Positions 34,924 through 44,841 of a DNA stretch of 64,000 bases are shown here, one piece after another. Position numbers and translations under genes: made by a program. The notes beneath the pieces were generated by a model. That model searched no databases. It was not told where the DNA came from and saw nothing but the letters and a program-made list of their open reading frames with translations. The DNA lies in NCBI GenBank assembly GCA_963734535.1, contig CAVTHS010000008.1:1-64000 (forward strand), given 5' to 3'. Source of the stretch: an uncultured Chloroflexia bacterium (GTDB lineage Bacteria; Chloroflexota; Limnocylindria; Limnocylindrales; CSP1-4). Position 1 is the stretch's first letter. Each line of letters opens with the position of its first letter.

Positions 34924-35886
34924 ATGACACCTGAAGGCAATCGCAAGAGGCGTGACGAGCGTGAGGTCGTGGTCATCTGCTTGCCGGACGTGCCCGAACG
35001 GCGGCACGTGGGCGATCTTCCCGCGAACGTCGAGGTCGTAGTCCTGCCCGGCAGGCCTGGCCCGCTCCCCGATCTGACCCGGGTCGAGCTGATCGTCCCA
35101 GACGACTGGGCGACGCAAGCCGTGCTGGCCGAGTTCGGCGCGATGGCCCGTCTGCGCGTCGTGCAGACGCTCAGCGCCGGCGTTGACTGGCTCCGTGGAC
35201 GCGTGCCCTCCGGGATCACGGTCTGCAACGCCCGTGGCGTCTACGATGGCCCCGTTGCCGAGTGGGTGGTCGGGGCAATCCTGGCGGTCCAACGTGGCCT
35301 CGTCGAGTCGCGTGACGCCCAGCTGAAGAAGCAGTGGCGCGCGTTGGAGCCCGAGGAGCTGGCGGGCCTGCGGGTGGTCATCCTTGGCTTCGGATCAATC
35401 GGCGCCGCTGTGGCCGATCGGCTTCGTCCGTTCCGCGTTGACGTGGTCGGTGTGGCCAGGACGCGGCGACAAGGCGTCCTGGGGCTCGACGACCTTGATG
35501 AGGCGCTTCAGTCAGCCGACGTCCTGGTCGACCTGCTCCCACTGAGCGCCGAGACTGCCGGGTTCGTGGATGCACGCCGTCTTGCGCTGCTTCCGCTTGG
35601 CGCCCTCCTGGTGAACGCAGGTCGCGGGGCCACCGTCGATACGCCAGCCCTTGTGGAGGCTCTCCAGGCCGGCCATTTGCGCGCAGCTCTCGATGTGACG
35701 GATCCGGAGCCGCTTCCTTCGAACCACCCCCTCTGGAGACTCCCCAACGTCCTGATCAGCCCGCATGTCGCTGGCGATTCGCCCGCGTCGCTTGCCCGCG
35801 CATACGCCTTCGTCGGCGACCAGATCCGTCGGTTCGCCGCCGGCGAGCGGCTGGTGAACGAGGTGCCTTCCCACCTCCTCGACTGA
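34924..35886 (+). CDS. D-isomer-specific 2-hydroxyacid dehydrogenase
   Basis: SAGVD, GFGSIG, LVNAGRG, AALDVTDPEPLP, SPHVAG. Confidence 0.9.
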   Translation: MTPEGNRKRRDEREVVVICLPDVPERRHVGDLPANVEVVVLPGRPGPLPDLTRVELIVPDDWATQAVLAEFGAMARLRVVQTLSAGVDWLRGRVPSGITVCNARGVYDGPVAEWVVGAILAVQRGLVESRDAQLKKQWRALEPEELAGLRVVILGFGSIGAAVADRLRPFRVDVVGVARTRRQGVLGLDDLDEALQSADVLVDLLPLSAETAGFVDARRLALLPLGALLVNAGRGATVDTPALVEALQAGHLRAALDVTDPEPLPSNHPLWRLPNVLISPHVAGDSPASLARAYAFVGDQIRRFAAGERLVNEVPSHLLD

Positions 35887-35941
35887 CCGCCGAGTCTGCG
35901 CCCTCGACTGATCTCCGCAGGAGGACGAGGGCCGCGCGGAG

Positions 35942-36967
35942 CTACCTCGTCGGGCGGGCCGTGCTGCCGCGCAAGGTGAGCTCAGGGGCCACGAGCACCT
36001 GGTCCGGCGTGGTTCGCCCTCGATCGAGGCGGTCGAGCAGGATCCGGGCCGCAGCGCGGCCAAGGTCGTCGGACGGGAAACCGATCGTGGTCAGCGGCGG
36101 GGTGGCGAGCTCGGTCAGCGACTCGTCGAGCATCGCGACCACCGAGAGGTCGGCGGGGATCCTGATCCGCCGCCTGGAGGCGGCCTTGAACAGGCCGATC
36201 ACCGATTGGTCCTGCGGGACGATGCACGCGGTGACGTCCGGGTTCTCGTCGAGCAGCCGCCCCGCGGCGTCGGCCATTGCATCGCCCGTGGGGGCGCCCA
36301 CTCGCCGGATGGCGGGAAGCCCGTACCGGGCACAGGCAAGCTCGTATCCGCGCAGGGCCCACGTGACGAAGCCGTAGGTGTCGTTTCGGACGACCGGGTC
36401 GATGGTGAGCAGCCCGATCCGGCGGTGGCCGAGCGAGACGAGGTGCTCGACTGCGAGCCCGATCCCGTGCTCCACGTCCACGTCGGCGAAGCTGAGGCCG
36501 GTATTGTCCGTGCGGCGCCCGATCATCACGAACGGGTACCCGTGATCACGCAGCAGCTCGGCGCGTCGGTCCTCGGTGAGGATCTCGAGCAGGATGATCC
36601 CGTCCGCCTGGCGGCTCCGGAAGATGCCGAGCAGCTCGGCGTCGGAGAGCGTCCGCGTGATGATGTTGATCGAGTAGCCCGCGTCCTCGACGCCGAGCGC
36701 GGCCGACATGACGAGCCGGTACGCGGGCGGGTTGAACTCCTGGGGTACGTGCACCGCGATGAGCCGAGTCCGGCCGGACCGGATCTGGCGCCAGGCGTTC
36801 TGGGGCGCGAACCCGATCTCGTCCATCACCTGCAGCACGCGCTGGCGCGTCTCGTCCGCCACGTCGGGCTTGTTGTTGATGATCCGCGACACCGTGGCAA
36901 CAGACACGCCGCTCGCGGCAGCGATGTCGATGATCGTCGTGTTGGGGGCCTTCGATCTCGCGGCCAC
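35942..36967 (-). CDS. LacI-family transcriptional regulator
   Basis: TIIDIAAASGVSVATVSRIIN HTH; IPADLSVV, PPLTTI. Confidence 0.92.
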   Translation of the reverse strand: MAARSKAPNTTIIDIAAASGVSVATVSRIINNKPDVADETRQRVLQVMDEIGFAPQNAWRQIRSGRTRLIAVHVPQEFNPPAYRLVMSAALGVEDAGYSINIITRTLSDAELLGIFRSRQADGIILLEILTEDRRAELLRDHGYPFVMIGRRTDNTGLSFADVDVEHGIGLAVEHLVSLGHRRIGLLTIDPVVRNDTYGFVTWALRGYELACARYGLPAIRRVGAPTGDAMADAAGRLLDENPDVTACIVPQDQSVIGLFKAASRRRIRIPADLSVVAMLDESLTELATPPLTTIGFPSDDLGRAAARILLDRLDRGRTTPDQVLVAPELTLRGSTARPTR

Positions 36968-37037
36968 GCGGAGTGATCCTCCTACCTGGACCGAGGCCGT
37001 TCCGAAAGAGGTCGACCGCCGGCTGCCGCAGCTGAGC

Positions 37038-39539
37038 TCACAGCTGCACCTCCAACCGTGCTCCAGCGTAGCAAAGCCGCCGCGGCGCCACGGCCGAATT
37101 GCGGGTCGCAGGGTCGAGCCCCGCATGGAGGACGACGACCACATCACGCTCCGGGGACATGCCCGGATAGTGGCCGGCCCGCTGCCCGATCGTCAGTTGG
37201 CGCGCCGCCTCGTGCCAGGCAATCTCCACCGTCGCGAACTCGCCCGCCTCGTAGCCGTAGCCGTCGCCGGCGTCCTCGTACAGCGTGAAGCTCGTGTCGC
37301 GACCGGGGTACACGTGGATCTCGAGCACCCCGTCGGGCGCCTCGTCCGCGTGCTCGCGGTCCGGGCCCATCGGCACGATCGACCCGGCACGGACGAAGAC
37401 CGGGATGCGGTCGAGGGTGGCGGCCGCCTCGATCTCCTGGCCGCCCTGCAGCCGCTCGTCCGTACGGAGGTCGAACCAGTCGGCGCTCTCCGGCAGGTAG
37501 ACACGACGTGTGTGACTCACGCCATCGAGCGGGCGCGAGCCGGGTCCATGCTCCATCGGCGTGGACACCGGGCACACGAGGAAGGCCGGTCCAAGGAGGA
37601 ACTGGTCGCCGACGGCGTGGGTGCGGGCGTCGTCCGGGAAGTCGAAGGGCAGCGATCGGAGCATCGTGTAGGCGCGTTGCGTCGTCCAGCCCGCCAACGA
37701 GTAGATGTAGGGCAGCAGGCGATAGCGACGCCGCAGGGCGCTCACCAGGGCATCGTAGGTCGTCTCCCCGGGGGCGCCGAAGCGCCAGATCTCGCGCGGC
37801 GTATCCGTGCCATGGGAACGCAGCATCGGGAGCCAGGCCGCGTACTGGAACCAACGCAGGTACAGCTCCCGGTAGCCGAGGTCATCCACGCCGGCGTCGA
37901 AATCGCCGGCCCAGAACCACAGCTCCGGGCGCCGGGCGGCGAAGTACCCGCCCACATCGGTGGTCCAGTACGGCATGCCGGTCGTGCAGAAGTTGAGCCC
38001 GTCGGCGATCTGGCGGCGCAGCGTCTCCCAGCTCGCGCTGACGTCACCGGACCAGGTCACCGTTCCGTAGCGCTGCTGGCCCGGGAAGGCCGACCGGGTG
38101 AGATTCATGACCCGCTTGTCGCGGCAGACGGAGCGCTGACCCTCGTACAGCCCCTGCGAATGGAAGAGCGAGTAGGCGTTGATGAGCTCCGGGTCGAGGT
38201 ACCGCTTGGCCTCGTCGGTGTTGATCCGCAGGCGCTCCTCGGGCTCGGGCTTGACGGCGCCGGTCCAGTCGGCCTCGAACGGCTCGGTGCAGTCCGACCA
38301 CCACGCGTCGATCCCCTGCGAGAACAGGCCGCGGTCCGCCTGGCACCAGAAGGTGGCCCTCGCGGCTGGGTCAAAGGCGTTGTAGGTCGCCTGGTTGCCG
38401 AGAAGCTGCCCGCGGGCCCCGAGCTCGCGCCAGTCGTCGCCGCCGGGCCGCATCGTGGGCCAGATCGACACCATGATGCGCACGCCGAGCGCGTGCAGCT
38501 CGCGGGTCATGCCGAGCGGGTCCGGGAAACGCACCGGGTCGAGCGACTTCTGGCCCCAGGCACGGCCCGTCCACGACTTCCAGTCCAGCACGATGCAGTC
38601 CAGCGGCAGCCCGCGACGGCGGTACTCGTGCGCGACTGCCAGCAGGTCCGCCTGGCTCTCGTAGCGCTCCTTCGACTGCACGTATCCGAAGGCCCAACGC
38701 GGGAGCATGGGCACCTGCCCCGTGAGCGTCCGGAACTCGGCCACGATCTCGTCGAAGCTCGGGCCGAGCATGACGTAGTAGTCCAGCTCCTCGTCGACGT
38801 CGCCCCAGAGGTACGACCCGAAGGCATCGTCGCGGAACGTGACCAGCGACGTGCAGTCCAGGAAGATGCCGTAGCCGCGCGTGGACAGGAGCACGGGCAC
38901 GGCCACCTTGAGGTTCTGCTGGTAGAGATACTGGTGCTGGCCGCGGAGGTTGAACATCCCCTCCTCGTGCGAACCCAACCCGTACAGGGCCTCGCCATCA
39001 GCCCAGCAGAACTCGAGTCGCGTGTGGAAGGCGGTCCGGTCCACGACCTGCCGGACACCCTCCACGTCGATCCGCACGCCGTCGATGTTCTCGCGGCTCT
39101 CCTTCGGGGCGGCCCCGTCGAAGTTCGACCGGAGGACCTGGACCGGTGTGAGCGTCTTGCCGCCGCGAGCGGGCTCACGGGTCAGCACGGTTCCGTCGAT
39201 CGTCCGGTACGTGAGCGCAGCTGTCTCGCGCGAGATATCGATCGACATCGCATGGGTGGAGAGGACGATGCCGTCCTGGCCCTCCACGACGGAGAACGGG
39301 ACGGGCGGCGTCGTGGCACCGACGGGAATCACGGTCAGGCTCGGCTTCTGGCTGAACGCATCCGCGAGCGTGAACCGGACGCGAACCGTCCGCTCGGTCC
39401 TCGGGTTGAGGGCAAGCAGCCCCGCGTCGGTGCGGACGATGAGGCCGTCGGGGCCAACCTCGTGGGAAAGGATCCTCATCGGCGGCCTGCCCTGGGTGGC
39501 GGTTGGGCTGGCGGCGCCGTCGCGCGTGGACGGGTCCAT
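37038..39539 (-). CDS. Glycoside hydrolase family 31 (alpha-xylosidase-like)
   Basis: YGLG, PRWAFGYVQSKERY, WWSDCTEP, WSGDV, WTTDVGG, LYEDAGDGY. Confidence 0.92.
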   Translation of the reverse strand: MDPSTRDGAASPTATQGRPPMRILSHEVGPDGLIVRTDAGLLALNPRTERTVRVRFTLADAFSQKPSLTVIPVGATTPPVPFSVVEGQDGIVLSTHAMSIDISRETAALTYRTIDGTVLTREPARGGKTLTPVQVLRSNFDGAAPKESRENIDGVRIDVEGVRQVVDRTAFHTRLEFCWADGEALYGLGSHEEGMFNLRGQHQYLYQQNLKVAVPVLLSTRGYGIFLDCTSLVTFRDDAFGSYLWGDVDEELDYYVMLGPSFDEIVAEFRTLTGQVPMLPRWAFGYVQSKERYESQADLLAVAHEYRRRGLPLDCIVLDWKSWTGRAWGQKSLDPVRFPDPLGMTRELHALGVRIMVSIWPTMRPGGDDWRELGARGQLLGNQATYNAFDPAARATFWCQADRGLFSQGIDAWWSDCTEPFEADWTGAVKPEPEERLRINTDEAKRYLDPELINAYSLFHSQGLYEGQRSVCRDKRVMNLTRSAFPGQQRYGTVTWSGDVSASWETLRRQIADGLNFCTTGMPYWTTDVGGYFAARRPELWFWAGDFDAGVDDLGYRELYLRWFQYAAWLPMLRSHGTDTPREIWRFGAPGETTYDALVSALRRRYRLLPYIYSLAGWTTQRAYTMLRSLPFDFPDDARTHAVGDQFLLGPAFLVCPVSTPMEHGPGSRPLDGVSHTRRVYLPESADWFDLRTDERLQGGQEIEAAATLDRIPVFVRAGSIVPMGPDREHADEAPDGVLEIHVYPGRDTSFTLYEDAGDGYGYEAGEFATVEIAWHEAARQLTIGQRAGHYPGMSPERDVVVVLHAGLDPATRNSAVAPRRLCYAGARLEVQL

Positions 39540-39544
39540 CACGG

Positions 39545-40369
39545 CTATCCCTTCACCGCGCCCGCGGAAACGCCGGAGAGGATCCAGCGCTGCGCGACGA
39601 TGTAGATGAGGATCACCGGCAGAATCGTCAGCAGGATGTCCGCGGACACCAGGCTCCAGTCCGACTGGAACTGACCGAAGAAGTTGTAGACCGCAAGGGT
39701 CATCGGCCATCGGCTCGTGCTGTTCAGGAAATACAGCGGCATGAGGAACTCGTTCCAGATGTTGAGGATGCTGAGGACCCCGCAGGTGACCAGCACGGGT
39801 GTCAGGATCGGCAGGACGACCGAGAAGAAGGTCCGCGTTGGCGAGCAGCCGTCGATGAAGGCCGCCTCGTCCAGCTCCCTCGGCAGGGAGTCGATGAAGG
39901 CGTAGATCAGGAAGACGCTGAACGGGATCTGGGTCGCCGCGTAGAGCAGGATCATCCCGATCTGCGAGTCGACCAGGTGCGTGACCTGCATGACCTTCAT
40001 CAGCGTCACGAAGTTGGTCGGGATCGCGATGCCCATGATCAGCAGGAGATAGATGATCTGGTGCCGGCGGGTCCGATGCCGCGCGAGCACATATGCGGCG
40101 AGTGCCGAGACCAGGACGGCGAGCGCCGTCCCCCCAAGCGAGTAGAGCAGGCTGTTGAAGAACGCCGTCACCAGCTTGCCCTGGTCGATGACGGTCCCGA
40201 AGTTGGCCCATTGGGGATTCATCGGCAGCTCGACGCCCATCGAGCTGGCCTCAGGCTGGGTCTTCAGCGCGTTCACGATCACGAGGTAGAAAGGCACCAG
40301 CGCGATGAGGCTGGCGCCACTGGCGCTGACGTTGAGGACGGCGGCGCGGAACGTGCGGATGGGATGCAC
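39545..40369 (-). CDS. Carbohydrate ABC transporter permease (MalG-like)
   Basis: ELDEAAFIDGC EAA loop, WNEFLMP. Confidence 0.9.
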   Translation of the reverse strand: MHPIRTFRAAVLNVSASGASLIALVPFYLVIVNALKTQPEASSMGVELPMNPQWANFGTVIDQGKLVTAFFNSLLYSLGGTALAVLVSALAAYVLARHRTRRHQIIYLLLIMGIAIPTNFVTLMKVMQVTHLVDSQIGMILLYAATQIPFSVFLIYAFIDSLPRELDEAAFIDGCSPTRTFFSVVLPILTPVLVTCGVLSILNIWNEFLMPLYFLNSTSRWPMTLAVYNFFGQFQSDWSLVSADILLTILPVILIYIVAQRWILSGVSAGAVKG

Positions 40370-40371
40370 GG

Positions 40372-41238
40372 TCAGGCCACCTCGCGGGGTCGCATGGCTC
40401 GGATCACGCCGAAGCTCAGGACCACCATCACGACGAAGAACAGCGTGGACAGGGCGGTCGCCACCCCGTACAGGCCGCGCGAGAAGTTGTCGAAGATGGT
40501 CGTGTAGACCGTCGAGGTCCCGTACTGGCCATTGGTGAGCACGAAGACCATGTCGAAGACCCGAAGGCCGTAGAGCAGGTTCAGGACCGTCGTCACGGCC
40601 AGGACCGGCATGAGCATTGGCACGGTGATGTACCGGAAGGCCTGGAGCCCGGAGGCGCCGTCGATCGAGGCCGCCTCGTAGTACTCGCGCGGGATCGACA
40701 GCAGGCCGGCGATGAGGATGACCATGATGTAGCCGACGCCGCGCCACGTGTCGACGCCGATGACAGCCCAGATGGTGAGCCCGACGTCTGTGAGCCAGTG
40801 CTGCGCCAGGGCGCCCAGGCCGACGAGCTGCAGGGTCGAGTTCAGCAGGCCGTCCGAGGGATCCAGGATGGACCGGAACACGATGCCGACGACCAGGACG
40901 GGCAGGACCGCGGGCAGGTAGACGAGCCCGCGATACAGATACGCGAGCCGCTTGACGCCGCCGGTGAGCAGGATCGCCAGGGCGAGCGCGAAGGCGGTCT
41001 TGAGGATGGTCGTCGCGATCGTGAACAGGATGGTGTGCTGGATCGCGCTGACGTAGTCACCGCTCGGCTCGAGGATCGTGGCGAAGTTGTCGAGGCCCAC
41101 CCAGTGGATGGTCTTCGCGTAGGCGTTCCAGTCGGTGAACGAGAAGGCGAAGCCGAGCAGGCTCGGCAACAGGACAAAGACGCCATAGAGGAGGAGAGCG
41201 CCGCCGGCGAACCATGTCGGATAGGCTTTGTACTTCAT
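40372..41238 (-). CDS. Carbohydrate ABC transporter permease (MalF-like)
   Basis: SFTDWN, VGLDNF, EYYEAASIDGA. Confidence 0.9.
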   Translation of the reverse strand: MKYKAYPTWFAGGALLLYGVFVLLPSLLGFAFSFTDWNAYAKTIHWVGLDNFATILEPSGDYVSAIQHTILFTIATTILKTAFALALAILLTGGVKRLAYLYRGLVYLPAVLPVLVVGIVFRSILDPSDGLLNSTLQLVGLGALAQHWLTDVGLTIWAVIGVDTWRGVGYIMVILIAGLLSIPREYYEAASIDGASGLQAFRYITVPMLMPVLAVTTVLNLLYGLRVFDMVFVLTNGQYGTSTVYTTIFDNFSRGLYGVATALSTLFFVVMVVLSFGVIRAMRPREVA

Positions 41239-41321
41239 CGTTGGCTCGGACGGTAGGTCAGCCTGCCCAGGTCGCGGCTCCCGACGTGTGCAGGTCGTGG
41301 AAGCATGGCGGTCCCGATTGC

Positions 41322-41353
41322 GGCCGGGGCGAGTCGTGCGACTCGCCCCGGCC
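41322..41353 (-). terminator. Stem-loop after SBP gene
   Basis: ggccggggcgagtcg-tg-cgactcgccccggcc, a 15-bp perfect inverted repeat. Confidence 0.55.
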
Positions 41354-41382
41354 AACCGAGATCCTGAACGTGGGAATGGCTT

Positions 41383-42781
41383 CTAGGGCCAGGCCGGATC
41401 GCCCGCGGCCTTTGCCAGTGTGGTGCGGCCGGAATCGATGTTCTTCAGCATGTCCGCGGCCGTCTTCTGGCCAGTGAACATGTTGACGAGCCACTTGCCC
41501 ATGTCCATCCACTGCGGATTGACATAGTTGACCGCGTCCTGCAGGACCAGGGTCTTGGCCTGCGTGTACGTGTTGAAGAAGTCGCCCTGGCTGGCGTCCC
41601 ACTTCGCCTTGACACCGGTGAACGGGAGCGTCGCGAAGTCAGGAGTATTGTCGATCAGCCACTGCAGGTTGTCAGGCTGCATCATGAAGTCGAGCCACTG
41701 CTTCGCCTCGGCGACGTGCTGGCTCTTGCTGGAGATCATCCAGGTCGGGCCGGCCGGGTGGGTCGGCTGCAGCTGGTTGTCGAGGATCGGGTCGGGGAAG
41801 TAGCCGAAGCTGGTGGCCTGCAGGTTCGGGTAGGCCGCCGCGATCTGCGGGCCGCGAGAGAGCTGGGAGAGGGTCATCGCGTAGGTGCCGCCGGCCATCA
41901 TCTTGGACGTGTCGGCTTCCTTGGCGGACAGTGCGTCCTTGCCGAAGTATCCCTTCTGGTAGAGGTCGTTGATCTGGGTGAGCGCCTTCTGCATGTTCGC
42001 ATCGCCGGCAAAGGTCGCCGTGTTCGCGTTGAGCTTGTCATTCAGGCCGGGCTCCAGCGCCTCGGTCTGACCCCCAATCGTGGGGAACCAGAGCACGTGG
42101 TGCCAGCCGTCCGAGATGGGCTCGTAGACCGGCGTGATCCCGTTCTGCATGAGGGTGTCGCAGACCTGTCTCGAACTCATCGAACGTCTTGGGGACGGCG
42201 AGGCTGTACTTCGCGAAGATGTCCTTGTTGTAGACGATGACCCAGTAGTTGGCCGCGACGACGTCCCAGACCTCGGCGCCGTAGAGCTTGCCGTCGAGGG
42301 ACGACTGGTCGGCGACGACGGGATCCAGCCGGCTGACCCACGACTCGCCGGTGAGGTCGACGGCGTTGTTGGCCGCGTCGTACTGGAGCTTCATGTCGGA
42401 CTTCCCGGCCTGGCCGAGGAAGAGGTCAATGCCCTGCCCCGAGTTCAGCTTGGTCTTGAGGACGTCGAAGTACTGGCCCGACGGGATGATCTGGAAGTCG
42501 AGGTGGATGCCGGTCTGCTCTTCGAACCTGCCGGCCAGGACCTGCTCGGACGACTTGATCCAGTCCTGGCTGGCCAGGACCTCGATGGTGACGTTCGACT
42601 TGCTCGGCGCGGCGCTCGGGCTTGCCGCCGCCGAGGGTGCCGCCGCCGAGGGTGCCGCCGCCGAGGGTGCCGCGGCGGAGGGTGCCGTGGAGGCCGGCGC
42701 GCTCGCCCCCGGGGAGGAGCATCCAGCGACGAGCGCGCCGACGACCAGCGTGGTGAATGCGGCTCTGGCGAGTCTGATCAA
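41383..42781 (-). CDS. Carbohydrate ABC substrate-binding lipoprotein (frameshift near 42170)
   Basis: TTG start with AGAAAGG RBS, lipobox VAGC, APSAA linker, YNKDIF...PKTFDEF; C-terminal half in another frame. Confidence 0.85.
42624..42683. repeat. 15-bp coding tandem repeat x4 (APSAA linker)
   Basis: gccgccgccgagggt x3 plus gccgcggcggagggt. Confidence 0.85.
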
Positions 42782-42913
42782 TGGAACGTGCCGCCTTTCT
42801 CGATCGAGGGTGAGGTGTACCCACAGGCGGGCCGGTCTGGCCGACCACCGACTCAGCTGCTCGATAGGTCCACCTCCTGAGCCCATCAGACGCCACGTTC
42901 GGCACAGTCCGAA

Positions 42914-42936
42914 ATCATTGCCGGTATCATTACCGC
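42914..42936. promoter_or_regulatory. Candidate LacI operator(s) for the GH31/ABC operon
   Basis: atcattgccgg-t-atcattaccgc tandem CG-centred sites just downstream of a TAGACT -10 box on the minus strand. Confidence 0.45.
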
Positions 42937-43213
42937 TGCCCAGTCTACCGCGCCGGTCAATGGGTGGGAGGCCGATTCGGGCGGCCAGGAACCGACCCGC
43001 GATCGAAAGCCCGACACCGTCGCGGACCGTCGGCCGGCTGCAGGTTTCAGCACCCGGAGGGCGCCTGTGGGCCGCATCACGCGAGCTCGTGGCTGATGCG
43101 CGCGATGGGCCGGCGACAACGGGCGGTCATGCTTGGGCGTGTGTCGGGCCCTCGCGCGCGAGGACCCAATACTGCGGTCCCGTCGTCGCTGTCGGTCAGG
43201 GCGCCGAATCCCG

Positions 43214-43232
43214 GTGCCACCCAAGCTGGCAC
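43214..43232. promoter_or_regulatory. Palindromic site GTGCCA-N7-TGGCAC, copy 1
   Basis: gtgccacccaagctggcac; a second copy lies at 52777-52795 with identical spacing to the start codon. Confidence 0.65.
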
Positions 43233-43254
43233 GGGCCTCTGCGACGATCCAGCC

Positions 43255-44318
43255 ATGGACGACGCCTCACACACTCGGTTGCTCCCCTCCCCGGCCCAGG
43301 CACAGGTCGCGCGCGATGCGCTGCGACGGGCCCTGGCCGGCCTCCGCCCGCGCGTGACGATGGAGCGCGACGGACTCGTGCTCATCGCGCTCGAAACGGT
43401 GGCACACGCTCCGGGCGCGCCGGCCGCGGCGCCGCCGTACCTCCTCTTCGAGCAGGCCGTCGCGGCCGGCGCGGTGGAGGTCAGCGAGATCGGTGCCGGG
43501 ACGCGTCCCTTCGGTTGCAGCGACGACCAAGGACAAGCCGGTGGTCATCTTCGCCGGCGACACGATCACCGGCGGCAAGCAGAACCGGTTCATCAACATC
43601 AGCGTCTGGCTATCCGCGGCCGAGGTCACCCAGCTGCCGGTCACGTGCCTTGAGCACGGGCGCTGGGACCCGGGCCACGCCGCGCGCTTCGGGGCCGGCC
43701 GCAAGGCCGACTACGCCCTGCGCTCGATGGTCAACTTCCAGGTGAGCGAGCAGCGCCGCCGCGTCCACGAGCTCGCCGCTGCTGGCGCGCCCGCGGCGCA
43801 CAGCCTTCGCCGCGGACCAGGGCGAGGTCTGGGCGGAGATCGGCCGCCGCGAGGTCAGGGCAGGTCGCCGCTCCGGGACGTCCGCGCTTCATGAGCTCTG
43901 GGCAGCCGAGGAGCACGATGCCCGTCCCCTCGCCGCGGCGTTCCCGTGTCCGGATCGGGGCGACCGGGCTCGCCGTCGGCGTCGGCGGCCGGCTCGTCGC
44001 GCTCGAGCTCTTCGACCACCCGGCAGACGCTGGCGGCAAGCTGGACGCGACTCGTCGAGTCCGCCGTGTCGGCGCATCTCGACCACAAACGTGCAGTCGC
44101 AGCCGGGATGGCCCGCCGCGACACTCCACCACTACCCGGACGCGGGCGCGCTCGGGCGGATGGTCGGCCGGGCGGTCGCGGCGCTCGACGGGGCGCCCGT
44201 CGGCCCGTCGGTCGGCGAGGGCCTCGACGTCCGCCTGTCCGGCGCGAAGATCGCCGGCAGCGCGCTCGTCCGCGATGGGCACGTGGTCCATGCCGAGCTC
44301 TTCCGCGTCACCCCGTGA
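43255..44318 (+). CDS. ARPP-1 (DUF6569) family protein (several frameshifts)
   Basis: YLLFEQAVAAG.VEVSE, VP, GDTITGGKQNR.IN, LPVTCLEHGRW, DQGEVW, GLAVGVGG....LELFD, VGEG.DVRL, GSALV.DG.VVH. Confidence 0.75.
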
Positions 44319-44683
44319 CCGGCCGTGTTCGCCCACACGCCCGCCGGCTCACTACCGTCGTCCTGCGCGATCTCCGCGACGATCAGGGCACCCGGAGTCT
44401 CACGGCCAGCCGTGACCCGAAAGGCGGGATCCGCATCGACGGCCAGGACCTGGGCCGAGGCGTCGAGCACGCTTTCGGTGCCGGTTTCAGCGAGTACGAG
44501 TGGGGCTGGGTCATCGCCCCGGAGGCCCTGCCTGCCATGATCGGCACGCTCGGTGGCCATGACGGCGAGGACCCGCTCAACCTTCTGGCGACGTGGTCGG
44601 CTGCCCATGGCGGCGCGGACCCCGGGTCGCACCTTCGGGACGCCGGTATCCCGGTCGCCTTCTGGAACCGAATCGGAGACTGA
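44315..44683 (+). CDS. Hypothetical protein, possibly translationally coupled to the ARPP-1 gene
   Basis: GTGA overlap; natural-looking IRIDGQDLG.GVE..FG....EYEW; start uncertain. Confidence 0.6.
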   Translation: MTGRVRPHARRLTTVVLRDLRDDQGTRSLTASRDPKGGIRIDGQDLGRGVEHAFGAGFSEYEWGWVIAPEALPAMIGTLGGHDGEDPLNLLATWSAAHGGADPGSHLRDAGIPVAFWNRIGD

Positions 44684-44841
44684 CGCCGCCGCCGGCTTGG
44701 TTGCCGCCCCTGTCATCTGTGCCCAGCGGGCCGCTGGATCGAACCGCATGATGCTCACGGTTGGCTCGCGCCGCTCACCCATCTGGGCGACGCACGGACC
44801 CCTCAGCGACGCCCAGTCCCCCGCAGGCAGGAGACCGTCCG

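Noticed and set aside
30216-35886. Run of short co-oriented genes resembling an integron cassette array
   Set aside because: No recurring attC-like RYYYAAC...GTTRRRY structures and no integron integrase; several genes have their own promoters
42624-42683. Repeat array as a possible CRISPR
   Set aside because: The 15-bp units are contiguous with no spacers and encode a lipoprotein linker
43009-43149. 9-bp inverted repeat gcccgacac/gtgtcgggc enclosing a smaller gcatca/tgatgc stem
   Set aside because: The stems are too short to distinguish from chance in GC-rich DNA
43227-43242. TGGCAC as a sigma54 -24 element (also at 52790)
   Set aside because: The -12 TTGC is missing or off by one base, and the palindromic context fits a dimeric regulator better
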